Shown here piece by piece: positions 45,222 to 56,655 of a stretch of 64,000 bases of DNA (position 1 is the first letter of the stretch; each line of letters opens with the position of its first letter). Both the position numbers and the translations under genes were made by a program. The DNA comes from Schizochytrium sp. TIO01 (Eukaryota > Protista > Bigyra: Labyrinthulomycetes). A model generated the notes under the pieces. It was not told the DNA's origin and made no database searches. It worked only from the letters and a program-made list of their open reading frames with translations. Where the stretch lies: the NCBI GenBank assembly GCA_004764695.1, contig SMSO01000032.1:2914001-2978000 (forward strand), written 5' to 3'.

Positions 45222-46949
45222 TTAGTCGAAACGCAAATCTCCAAATGTAGAGTCCGTGGAAACTGTTGGAGTTATGAGATTCAAAGAGCTGTTGTTGAAG
45301 TCCGAGTCACTGAGTAGGGTCGGAGATGGAATGGAGTTTGAGAGACTATTTTCCTGGCGAAGCGAACCTGAGCTATCTTTGTGAGATGGCGCTGATCCTT
45401 CTAATGGTGCATTATCGGAGTTGTTGCTATATCCTGATGGGGCAGGTGTAAGCTCAGGGAAGATACCATCTTCGATAGATTGAGAGTTGTATGTTGATGC
45501 AGGTTCGTAAGAAGTGTTCTGAAAGTGTGCATTTTGCGCTGGCGAAGTATGGGACTTAGACTGCTCGTAGCCAAACTTGAGTTTTGAGAAATGGTCAAAT
45601 ATGCGTTGGCAGCGCGGAAAAAAGGTGTGGTCAACATATTGCATACAATTGTAACACCAGATGGATAAGTCTTGCAAGCTAAGACACAAGGAGTGACCGG
45701 TTTTGGAGTGATGCTCGACCATGTGTTTGTAGTCATAGCGACCACAAAAGACTCCACCGCACGTGAGACAAATCCAGTTCTCCTGAGAGGCTGCGGTTGA
45801 TGGTGTAACTCCCATAGCTGCACAAGTTTCACATGGGGCGTTGAAATCAGTGACATGCTCGATGTCGTTTGAAATGTTGCCAGCATGAGAGCACATGAGT
45901 TCACCCATCGGACCTAAATTTTCCCAGAAGAGAAGAGCTTCCTCCCCCTCCACAGGCTCGCCAACCTCAGTCTGCACAGTGGCAGCATTTTGTGGTTCTT
46001 CCCTGAATTTAAGACGATGCATACGTGAGAAGAAATGATAGAGACGTGGAAAAAAGTCATGGTTAAGATACATATCACAGCCATAACACCATACAGAAAG
46101 ATCTGTCATGGACATGCTGACGCAGTGACCAGTTTCTGCGTGGTGCTGCAACATGTGCTTGTTCGCAAATCGTCCGCAGAAGAACTCATGGCACACTAGG
46201 CAGAACCAGTTCTCCTCCTGCGTATGGCAAGTACTACATACGACCTTATCAAGGTCCACAGCGAAGTCATCTTTGATGGGTTTTACTGTGACGATATGCT
46301 GACATTCCCGTGTCTTGAAGAGAAACATATCTGCATCAAATATTCGCACCTTCGTCCCCTTAGCAACTGCCACCAGTGTACTAACATTTGATCCTCGATG
46401 TCCTGCGGAGTCTATAGCATTTGCCGCTTGTGAGTCTTCCTGTGCTGTTGATGTCAGTGTTTTCAATGCTGAAAGTGTACTGGTACTCCTGTGAAGTCCG
46501 CCTTCTTGACGGCCACTTCCTCCCATCGCTGACAAGCTTGACGAAGAAGAAAAACCTAGTCCCAGACTCAAGTTCGAGATTGAGCTTGAGTTCGAGCTCG
46601 AGCTAAATGTCGGCGTTAACCCGGACCGGGCCGCTTGCTCCAAGCCTGATCTTGGGTCAAATTGGCGCGTGTCACTACCCATGGTACGGTGCTCCCCCAA
46701 GTGCGTTGCATGCATGTTTACTGTGCTCGGCGTCATAGAGTTCTCAGTGCTTGTATGCGGAGCATTTCCCAGGCGGCGCTTAGCGTCCGGTGCAAAGTCG
46801 TGTCGCGGGCTTGGGCTGGCGAAGTGGGCCGCAGTATCGCTGCCGGCCTTCGTTGTGGGTGCCTCAAGGTCAGAGTTGTTGAGGTTCGAGTCTGGCCAGG
46901 CGTTGCTGAGCATGTCTTCGACGTTGAAGGCACTCTCCTCATTCGCCAT
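45222..46949 (-). CDS. Protein with two ZnF-UBP (BUZ) ubiquitin-binding zinc fingers, 575 aa
   Basis: Two copies of CxH...CxxC...ENWxCLxC...CGR...HMxxH...TGH.....DLSxWCYxC. Ser-rich disordered flanks. ATG at 46949 (MANEES); the ORF-track start at 47093 is not ATG. Confidence 0.85.
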   Translation of the reverse strand: MANEESAFNVEDMLSNAWPDSNLNNSDLEAPTTKAGSDTAAHFASPSPRHDFAPDAKRRLGNAPHTSTENSMTPSTVNMHATHLGEHRTMGSDTRQFDPRSGLEQAARSGLTPTFSSSSNSSSISNLSLGLGFSSSSSLSAMGGSGRQEGGLHRSTSTLSALKTLTSTAQEDSQAANAIDSAGHRGSNVSTLVAVAKGTKVRIFDADMFLFKTRECQHIVTVKPIKDDFAVDLDKVVCSTCHTQEENWFCLVCHEFFCGRFANKHMLQHHAETGHCVSMSMTDLSVWCYGCDMYLNHDFFPRLYHFFSRMHRLKFREEPQNAATVQTEVGEPVEGEEALLFWENLGPMGELMCSHAGNISNDIEHVTDFNAPCETCAAMGVTPSTAASQENWICLTCGGVFCGRYDYKHMVEHHSKTGHSLCLSLQDLSIWCYNCMQYVDHTFFPRCQRIFDHFSKLKFGYEQSKSHTSPAQNAHFQNTSYEPASTYNSQSIEDGIFPELTPAPSGYSNNSDNAPLEGSAPSHKDSSGSLRQENSLSNSIPSPTLLSDSDFNNSSLNLITPTVSTDSTFGDLRFD

Positions 46950-49502
46950 GATGGCGACTGTGAGCTGCTTTGTTTGTATTTCTTTTTTGAGACCGCGATG
47001 CAGGGAGCGATCGTGTTGGACAGGAAGCCAAGAGCGAACAAGAGAAAGGGGGTGTACACAGCCAAACGGGACTCTGATAGACACGTGATGCAAAGCAAAA
47101 ACGCTGCTCGACCGGGTTTAGTGAAAGTCTGAGAGTTCGTCTCAATGCTGTGCTGTACCTTTCTGTCTTTGTATGAAAGAAACATGCTACCTACCTACTA
47201 CTACTTACCTATGCCTGCGTAGCATATATTTATTATGTCTCGGCCTCAGACACTCTCGAGAAGCGATTGCGGAACACATTTTCTTATACAATGTAACTGG
47301 TGTGTACTGAGCGCTCCATGATCTCATAGGGAATAAATGGTTAGTTGCGTGGACGAGTAACGCGGCTGGTTGGTGATGCACATGTACGAGAGCACAAAGG
47401 TGAAGTCGAGGGTTTGTATGAAGGAATGTGGCATTTTATATGCCCCGTGTGGGATGCTGACATTTGACAAATCAATGAATCGCAGGACCAACTGAAGATT
47501 TTGGGACGCCAAGATTCTGAGAAAGACCGTCTATCTCTGGGACCTGTTGACAAGTAGAGAGCTTCCGGGTGCGTAATAAAAAAATATGTCATGAATATAA
47601 CTTGCTAAAAGTTAGGCACCAGCATAAATACAAACGATAAGTTCACAGTTCGAAGCATCGCGGACCTTTTATATTATGTGGAGAATTTGACGGCGAGTCG
47701 ACAATATTGTCAATTATGCAACGATAACGAGAGGTTTTGAGATACATGGTAAAACGCTCTACATCTTGCGAACCTACGAAGTCCGCAAAGTTAGCAAAGC
47801 TGCAAAACCTAATAACACAATGGTAGTGAAATAGAATAAATGATAATGTAGTATAAATATCTTCGATGATAACGACTTGTGTTTGCAAGCGAGGCATGAG
47901 ACGGCCAGAAGCTTGTGCCGTGGCACAGACTCTTCAGCAGTAATGCGTTGCGGTCGAATGATTATTTCGGTAGCATTCAGCCTCCGGAGCAGCCATCACA
48001 ATTCTGTAAAGAAGTTCTCTGGATGTATGTATCCCAAGGTCATTTTCTAAGACGCTGGCGTTTGAGGTGTGTTTTTGCGATGGACGCAGGACTACGCTTG
48101 CTCGCTGTTTGAAGAATATAAATTTGTACACCATAAAAGTCTAAGCACGTGACAGGTGTAAACCCACTCAAACGAGCTCTCGCTTGCTGCCACAAATGTC
48201 AGGGTTTTGTCTGCTTTAAAAAGGTTAAAAAGTAGGTACAAGGCCTCGCTAATCTTCTCTCAGCGTGCAAGGAATGATTGCTCGCTGTTGGCATGCCATG
48301 GTATAAGTACCTACCTACCTTCAAGTTTTGTGACTGGTTCATATTGGCGGCTGGCTGCAGTTCTTGCAGGCCTCGGCTTGGTACAACCCTACAAGTAGGT
48401 TGTACGAGGCCTTCCAAGCTTCCTTTCATGTTTGCCTCCAAATGTGCTCGCCGCGCAAGATTTAAGATACACCATGCACTGCTACCTCATACTTTCAACG
48501 AGCAAATAAATCCCGACCAGCAAGCGTCGAGCCGAGGCGCTTAGTAAAGTTTCTTCATTCATGTGCCACGAAGATGACATAGTTGTGAACTCCTTCCAAC
48601 TGGCCAGGAACGAGCCACGAGCTAGCGAGCTCGAACAGCGCTGGCAAGAACGTCGTCGCGGAGACGCATTGCTGCAACTCTGTCATGACAGCCGCACATT
48701 CGTTCCCCTTCCCTTCAAGTGCGCGAATGAATGAGCGAATGAAATTATTCCCATTCATTATGGTCAATTAAGGTGCAATGCTGCCGCTCGAGGGATTTCC
48801 GCGGCGATCGTCACGACTGGGAGGAGGACCCGACGACCATAAAGCCTACCCCCACACGCACGCACGCACGCACGCATCCACGCACGCAAACACGGACGGC
48901 TCAGCCTGCCTGCTCGACTGCCCGCTGAAAATGCGCCTTTGTGTGGCATGTGATGTCTTAGTTAATTAGTGATTGATTGATCGTCAAACGTGCGGTTCTC
49001 AAAGCTGGAATTGCAGCCGCATTGCATTCCGCATCGACACATCCTTTTCTGCCTGCGTGCCTTGACAGTTTGCAATTGCAGCTGCTTCTCGCGTCCCAGA
49101 TCTTCGAACAGGGCAAGCCGCCGCTTCTTCCGGAGCCTGCGACTGCCATGGCCTCTGCAACGAACCGTGCGGATGTCTGTTTGTTCATGGGTACTTTGGC
49201 TTCTGCTTGTTCGATTTTAGAAGTTGAGAACGTTTGCTCTCTGTTAACAATAAGGGGAGCTAGTGGTGAAGAGGTCTCGAGGTCTTCGGAACCACCGCAT
49301 CGGGCGCAGCTGCACACGATGTCAAGGCACGCACGCACGCAGGGACCTACGCATCGCCGGGCTTCGAGTGTTGCTCGAAAGCATGCAATTGCAAAACACT
49401 AACCTGCAATTCCAAAAAACATCGAAATTTAGAAGACGAGGTAACCACAATTCTCCCTATTCTGTCACATTTCTTCTTCTTTTTATTATTTTTATTATTT
49501 TT

Positions 49503-49563
49503 AATTTCATTTTATTTCATTTTATTTCATTTTATTTCATTTTATTTCATTTTATTTCATTTT
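49503..49563. repeat. (ATTTCATTTT)n 10-mer tandem repeat
   Basis: About six consecutive units visible. Confidence 0.9.
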
Positions 49564-51958
49564 AATTGAACGTAATAATTCATAAATGAATCGATAAGTC
49601 GATAAATCGATAAATCAAGCGATAAATAAATAAAAGTTTCGAAGAAAACTTTTCAATCAGTCTTTCTATCCAAACTTTTGTTTTAGTTTCATAAAGATGA
49701 TTTTAATTTTAATTAACACTGTCAATTCTTTCATCAACAACTGAGCACTTTCTAAGCAGACCCGCATAGGCCCTCCTAGGCAGGTCTTAGCCTGCGCTTT
49801 GCGCGATCTCCTTCGAAGCTCGTCAAATGCTGTGATTCCTGCCTTCGAGGGGGGGTCTTTCCAGGATTGCTTGGGATCTGCCAAGAAGCTTCTGTGCGAG
49901 GCCAAACGAGCGGCGTGTTTGGCCTGCGCCCGTCAATTTCCCAGCGGCCTTTGGCCTTTTCCCGCGAAGACGCCGAGCACTCGCCAGGCAAGAAGGCCTC
50001 CGTTCACCCGTGTCCGCCACTTATTATGATGCCTACCACTGCTACCCATCCTCTTAAGTAGCTGCCTAAGTACGCTCTGTGATTCTTTCGTTCTTTCATT
50101 CTTTCACTCACTTTCTTTCTTTCATCGCCTCGACAGGTAGCAGTTGCTTAACTGTACGATAGGAGTGGCAGCAGCGGCGTCTTTGTTCTTCTCTTTTATT
50201 TTGTTTTGTTTTACTTTCTTTCTTTCTTTGTATATCTTTTAGTTGTGAAAAGGAAGAGAAAGGAATTACTTTGGCGGAAACCTATTTTTAGGAAAGAAAA
50301 GAAAAGAAAATAATCTTTTTGAAAAAAGACGAATATCGTGTGCAATTATAGACGGAGGTACTTAGAATGTGGAGAGATCTATGAATTCGGTCTTTTCATT
50401 CCTCACGGTTGGTTGCGTTGACAAAACGAAATAGATGCCCACGACAATGATACGTCGGTGGACGTGTGACAACCTAGCTTGAAGAAGATGATGAAGAACA
50501 AGAAGACAGGCCAAGTCTTCGATTTGAAGAGCCGCATCAGTATTCTCAGTCTTCTGACTTATTCGAAGAGGGTTCTCTTGGATGTAAGCTTTTCTGCTGT
50601 TTATCTTTCTCTTTCTAAATAAGACGGTAAGAAGAAATCGAAATCAAAGAAGAAGATCAGAAGTAGTAACCGAAGAACAGAGGCTATTCATCCACATTCG
50701 AGCGAATGTGCAGATCTTCAGGCCTTCCCTTGCCTTCGATTGAGCACCCTTCTTTAGACTTGGATCGTCTACTCCTCGGGCTGCCGAATGTCTCAGCCAC
50801 GATTTTGCACAAGCTACAAAAAAGGGTTCTTCAGTGCACGGCACGTTTTTCTCTCGACTCCAACCCCGTTTTTCTCACGCGCAAAAACATTGCGCAGGCA
50901 AGTGAGTGAGTTGATCGTCCCTCGCCTCGTGGTTGTCTCCTGCTCTCGCCCACACCGGTCTCTGTCGTCCTCGTCGCTGCCGTCGTCGGCCCTCAGAGCC
51001 GCTTGGATGGATGGATACCTGTCGTTATCGCCAGGAATTCTTTCGCACACCGGTTTCGGCGAGCCAGCAACAACCGATTCTCGCGCCTTTGACTGACTTC
51101 AATCCTCGCGACCATCCTCGCAACCCATTTTGCAGCCCCAAGAAGCGTTGCGCTGGTCCTTCAGGATCCACCCGACAAACCTAGGAGGCGCCTAGCAGCT
51201 GGGTAGGCTGGCACTTGCCCGCCCTTTTGCACGTGCGCATCCACAATCCTCAGAAACAGCGAAATACTGCGCGAGCTCGGGATTGCCGACCAATGCGCCA
51301 AGTGGTCGATGAGGCAGATCGATCTCCGGCGCTCGAGATGACGGCGGCGAGGTCTGCCCAAGGCCTGCTCTTCTTCTGCGCCGATTCGTAGCTAGCTAGA
51401 TGTCACTCACTGACTGAGATAGAACGAGTCCGCCACGAACGAGCTCGCGAAGTCCAAGCCGCCACGCGCGTGCCTGCCTGCGCAACCCAATCGAGCGGCC
51501 CCGCATGATCTTGAGTGGGACCAGAGATACAAAGGTACGTAGACCCAGTCGAACTCAGCGCAGTCGGTCAGCCTCTGCAGTCTGCTCGTGGCTTGGTTTG
51601 GTTTGTCTGTATCTATCTACCAAAGATCAAAGATGTGGTTCAATGATATTAAAAAATCCAACTGAAGAGCAAATGAAAGCCAAAACTAAAAAGACCTTCC
51701 TACAGAAAGATCGCGAATGGAGGCCTTAAGTACCCCCCTCAATGCGCTTCAGGCCGCCGCATCAGGTCTCTCTACACTCGCGCCGAGCGCACGAGTCCGA
51801 GGATCATGATACCTCTACAGATTTAGTGCGATTCTTCGTCCATGATCAGCAATACTTCACCGCGCATTACTTGGTGTACTAAACATATAGCAGGGACCAA
51901 AAAGGGGTTCCTCAGATTCAATTTCTTGCGCTTCGAAGATCCGCAAGAAGGCTATGTC

Positions 51959-51959
51959 T

Positions 51960-52050
<91 letters not shown>
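51959..52050. repeat. (TTTC)n microsatellite
   Basis: Perfect run. Confidence 0.95.
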
Positions 52051-52095
52051 ACCACTTTCTAAACATAAATTAATAAAATATTTCTATTTGTCAGC

Positions 52096-52233
<138 letters not shown>

Positions 52234-54223
52234 GAATGTAAGATATACAATGAAAATAGGAGCAGCAAGCGCTTCCTGGCTGTGCACGTGCAGGCTGCGC
52301 TGGATACTTTCGAGCTCGAGGTCCTCTCGAACGAGACGGATGAAAGGCAGGCTTGCATGCATGCATGCATGGAGGCAGGCAGGCAGGCAGGCTTGACTGC
52401 TGGTAAGCTTAAGGCCAGTGCGGCGGAACGGCTGCGACTGTGAAGTGAATTGCCCGCAAGTGCGGCCTATGGAGGATTCGGGCTCGCATTTTCTCGTGAT
52501 AACATTTGCAAAGTCTCGCACTTATGTATAATAAAGATACAAATAATTTTTTTATTTTTTAAAAATAGGGTATTAAAATAAACAGGAATGAATGAATAGT
52601 ATTTCTGTATGGTAGGTTGTACTCCTTTGCGAATTAAAAACTTCTTAAATAATAATTTGTTTTTAAAAAGTGTCATTTATTATTATTTTTTAATTGTAAT
52701 TTATTTATCATAAAAATAAAATTAAAATATTGTTACATTTATAATTTTAGAAATTATAGGTGGTGTGTCTGGAGAGATTTGACCAGAGAATTGAAGAAAG
52801 CGGGCATCACGAACCTCGTGGACGATCTTTCGCCAGCGACAGCTCCTCTGCACTTCGCCTATCGCAGGCTCCTACCGCCCGTGTTGGCACCCCCCACCTT
52901 TATCTCCACGCTTGCCTCTGCTACTCAGACCTCCACGCCTTTCTCCGCACTTCAAGTTGAGACTGCAGAATCACAGTTCTAGCACACCACGCATGCACCA
53001 ACCTGGTCTGTGTACTGGCCCGTAGGCCATAAACCGGCTTCTCGAGGGCACACGTCTCTCCGGGTCACCTGTGTCACCAGCGCGCAGCCTGCCCCGCGTC
53101 CTTCCTCGCGGACTCCAGCGCGCTGGGCCTTGAGTCCGCGAGACCTGGGTGGCGGTTGCCCAATCCTAAGAAGCAGCCGCCGTCGTGTCGCCGCAACCAT
53201 AAATCGCTGAGAACGGGTTGCGATGGATGAAAGAACGGAATGGTTCCCTGTATTCCCTGTGAGGGATTGCAGCCTTTGATCGTGTTCTTTTCTCCTGCGT
53301 CAGTTGTTATTTTCGTTGGTTCGTTAGTTGGTTGATTAGTTAGTTAGTTAGTTTCCGTGGCTGTTATATTCGAAGTCTTGAAACCTTTTCATTGTGTTTA
53401 TCTTGTTTACTCATTGGTTGTTCGTCTGATTGATTGATTGATTGATTCTTTGGCGGCTGTTTCTTTTCAAAGCCTGAGAATATAGCAAAAGCGTTCTTCA
53501 GTTTCTAAATTTGGTTGTTCAATGATGTTGATGGGATCTTTCTTTTCTCTGCTTCTTCTCATTATTGCTATTTCGTGGACAGATTGACTGGTTTGAAAGT
53601 CGCTTTCTTCGCTCGGGATGTGACTCCTCAGTTTCTCAACGCCTCCTCTGATGTACTAGAGAGCGAGTGTGGAAAAGGAAGAGGCTCTTCCGCCGTGCTC
53701 CTGCACTCCGTTTCTTGAGCGTCCTCTCGGCTTTGGCTCGTTTCATGCACGCATTCCTTCGCCATGACTTCGCTCCTCTCGTTGCGTTGACTTCTTCTTC
53801 TTCTTCTTCTTCTTCGCTGTTCTAGCCTTTGTGGGAAACTGCTGTTCTTCTCTCGAGTCGTTCTGCCCTTTCTTTGTGCCACTGCGCAACTCAAGTTTAA
53901 ACTATCAAATTATAAATGTCAATTTCAATAAATAGATAAATAAATAATTAATTAATTAAGTAGTTAAATACCTAAATGATTAATAAATTAAAAGATTAAT
54001 TAAATAAATGTTCTGTTGAAATTTGACGTACAAACGAAGGAACGAGCAAATCGCATGAGTGAATGAATGAAGCAAGTATTGGCTAGCTGGCCGGACAGCG
54101 ACGTAGAGTCGTCAAGCAGGCATATTCTTCAAGCTAATAAGCACCGGCGCTCTTCCCGCGATTCGGACTTCACAGTTTACTTTGCAGCCTCATGTTCTGC
54201 TTCGCTATATGTTCTTCTCCGTT

Positions 54224-54259
<36 letters not shown>

Positions 54260-56094
54260 TCCTTTTTCTCCTCTTTCACCTCAGCTTAAGTAATCATGAA
54301 AAAGCTAACTTTCTTTCTTTCTTTTAAGTTGAACAACCACTTCCCAGAGAAAGGACCGGGCCTATCCCGGCTAGGCGTTACTATAGGGGCAACAAAAAAG
54401 GGCAGACAGGAAGAAGGGCGAGCGGCTCGGGGAAAAAAAGCTCAGAACACAAGCAGAAAGCAGGAACTCCCTGTGATCTACCATACCCCCTAATATCTCA
54501 TAATGCGACAGGGTTGGGGGCATTGGTTCTGCGGAGGTTCTGATTTCGGTCTGGCATTTCGTGCTTAACATGGGATGCCAGAGTCTGTAGGGGTGCGCTA
54601 GGTGTGGCTAGAGGAAAGGGGGAAACGAACAAAAGTAAGGCGCAGAGGAGTTCCTGAAAGGGGAGGATCGAGAGGGGATCTAGACGCCGCTGCGGCAATT
54701 GAGCGCGCGACAACTTCTCCTTCTGCTCGCTCGCTCGCAGATATTTTGAGGGTAAAATATTGCCTGCAGAAGGGCGAAGAGAGGAACAAGCTTCCGCGAA
54801 AATATCAGCCTCAGCCCGCGAGCGAGGGTCACTGGCGCGGGGATTTCAGGCAAGAAATGTAATGCGCTTTGGCCTTTCTTGCATTGCCTTTAAGGTTAAT
54901 TAATTGATTTATCAATGTGTAGAATTCGCATCCCTCTAGCAACGCTAAGGGTCCTAGTGCGGTGGTAGGCGAGAGGTAGTACCGTCCTATCAGTGCGCGG
55001 ATGAGTGAAGACTACCTAGGCATCCCAGTAGCACATGCTAGAGACTGCGCGAGTGGGTCACAGAGGAGAAAGCATTTTGTTTAAATAGATAGATAAACCA
55101 AAATGTTCTCGAGAGAGAGTCTCTGTGCCTGTTGCTGGTTAGTAGGGAAGTACTTTCTTTCAGAAACCTTTTCTTTGACATGTTTTCCAGTTCATAAAAT
55201 TGTGTTGATTGCAGTGTGTGATGATGATCGAAAGGCAGGCAAGGCCGACCTACAGTAAACCTAAAGGTGTTCAAAACAAGACAGGTTTTCTTTTCCTGTT
55301 TCTTTTTCTTTTTTGTTCTCTTTCTTTCTTTCTTTCTTTCTTCCTTTCTTTTTCTTCCTTGCGTGAAAAACGATGCTTGTGTCGAAGCGCTCGCTTTTGT
55401 GCTCCTGGCCGTCTGCAAACTGCGCAATGGCGCTCGTATGGACGTCCTCAGGAGCACCCTCGCGGACGGCGGGTGACTAGACCTCTGCTTATTTATTCTG
55501 CGCAGAACGGCCTCTTCTCTCTTGTCTCTCTTCTTTCTCCTGCGGCCCAAATTGTGTTGCTCTGGCGACTTTGCGTTGCGCTGGTTTTCTTTTCTTTTCT
55601 TCTTTGTCCTGCTTCGTTCATGGACGCGAAACCCGACGCAAAAGAACAACGCAACGGCTACGCACCTACGTAAGACGGGAAGGCTAAGAAGAAGAAGAGG
55701 CCGCTCGTTCACCTAATCAATCGCTTGAAGCCACCTCAGAGTCACTTCTCTTGCTTCTACTCCGTCCAATCCCCCCCTTCCAACAATGATTGTTTTGTTC
55801 GCTTTGACTTTTAATTTGCTTCAACTTATTTGTTAATTTCCTTGCTCTATCAAAAACAAAACCAAAGCTAGGTGCCCCGTGTTCCCCGCCACTTTCGGGT
55901 TGCGCAGGAGCTCGCTGCAGACAACTCTGCGGAAGAAGCGGCCTTCTTCCGCGTGGAATGCAGATTCTGATGGAGCGTAGGCGTTGAGGCCGCTTTGGGG
56001 CCGGCAGAGAAGAGCAGCAGAGCGTGGGCTAAAGCGAAGCTGGCAAGTTTGCATGTGCGTGCGAGTGTACTCATGTATTTATTCATCTATGAAA

Positions 56095-56519
56095 GCACGG
56101 TATCTGGATACGCGTGAATTTGCACAATGAACGGCTGCTTTATGAAAGCATAAAGAGGGCAGCCAGGGAGCCCTCCTACCAAGGTCGTACACGGTGGATA
56201 GGGAGTTCTAGCGAGTGCGGGGGTTAGGCTAGACGATGGGTAGCTAGACGCCATGGAAAGTCCTATGTGCTGATAGGTAGTGGGTAGTGGCAGAGGCGTT
56301 CTCATTCGCCAGGCAGCAAACACGTACAGCCTAACTACGACCCATGTAGGGGCCGAGAGGGATAAATAGAACGCAGCAGCTGTCATCCGCCTGGTGTTCC
56401 ACTTCCTCTTTGAGCTCTGTGCCCATTCGTGATGCTGCAGAAGATTAATTCCCTGAGTATGAAACCGTTGTTACTGTTGTCAGTTCTTGCTGCTGCTAGT
56501 TGCATGGACACGCTCGTGC
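56095..56519. ncRNA. Candidate structured non-coding RNA or structured repeat, family unknown
   Basis: Nested complementary segments read by eye: terminal helix, central helices GGTCGTA/TACGACC and GTTAGGCT/AGCCTAAC, and hairpin 56133-56164. No family assignment and no expression evidence. Confidence 0.4.
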
Positions 56520-56603
56520 CTTGTTTCGAAGGGAGTATACGCACGGCATCGTTTCCGAATTTCAACTAATTTTATTTTTAAATTCGAAAAAGTAGAACCA
56601 CAA

Positions 56604-56655
56604 AAATTCAAATTCGAAATTCGAAATTCGAAATTTGAAATTCAAATTTCGAATT
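56604..56655. repeat. (AATTCGA)-type 7-mer quasi-palindromic repeat
   Basis: AATTCAAATTCGAAATTCGAAATTCGAAATTTGAAATTCAAATTTCGAATT. Confidence 0.85.

Noticed and set aside
56223-56335. Telomerase template (CCTAAC / CCTAACCC)
   Set aside because: Both candidate segments pair with each other in the predicted helix, whereas a template should be single-stranded. The organism's telomere repeat is not visible in this window.
56255-56380. RNase P/MRP RNA call based on GGAAAGTCC and AGAACGCAGC
   Set aside because: The two segments cannot form the P4 helix and the topology does not match. The element is kept only as unassigned structure.
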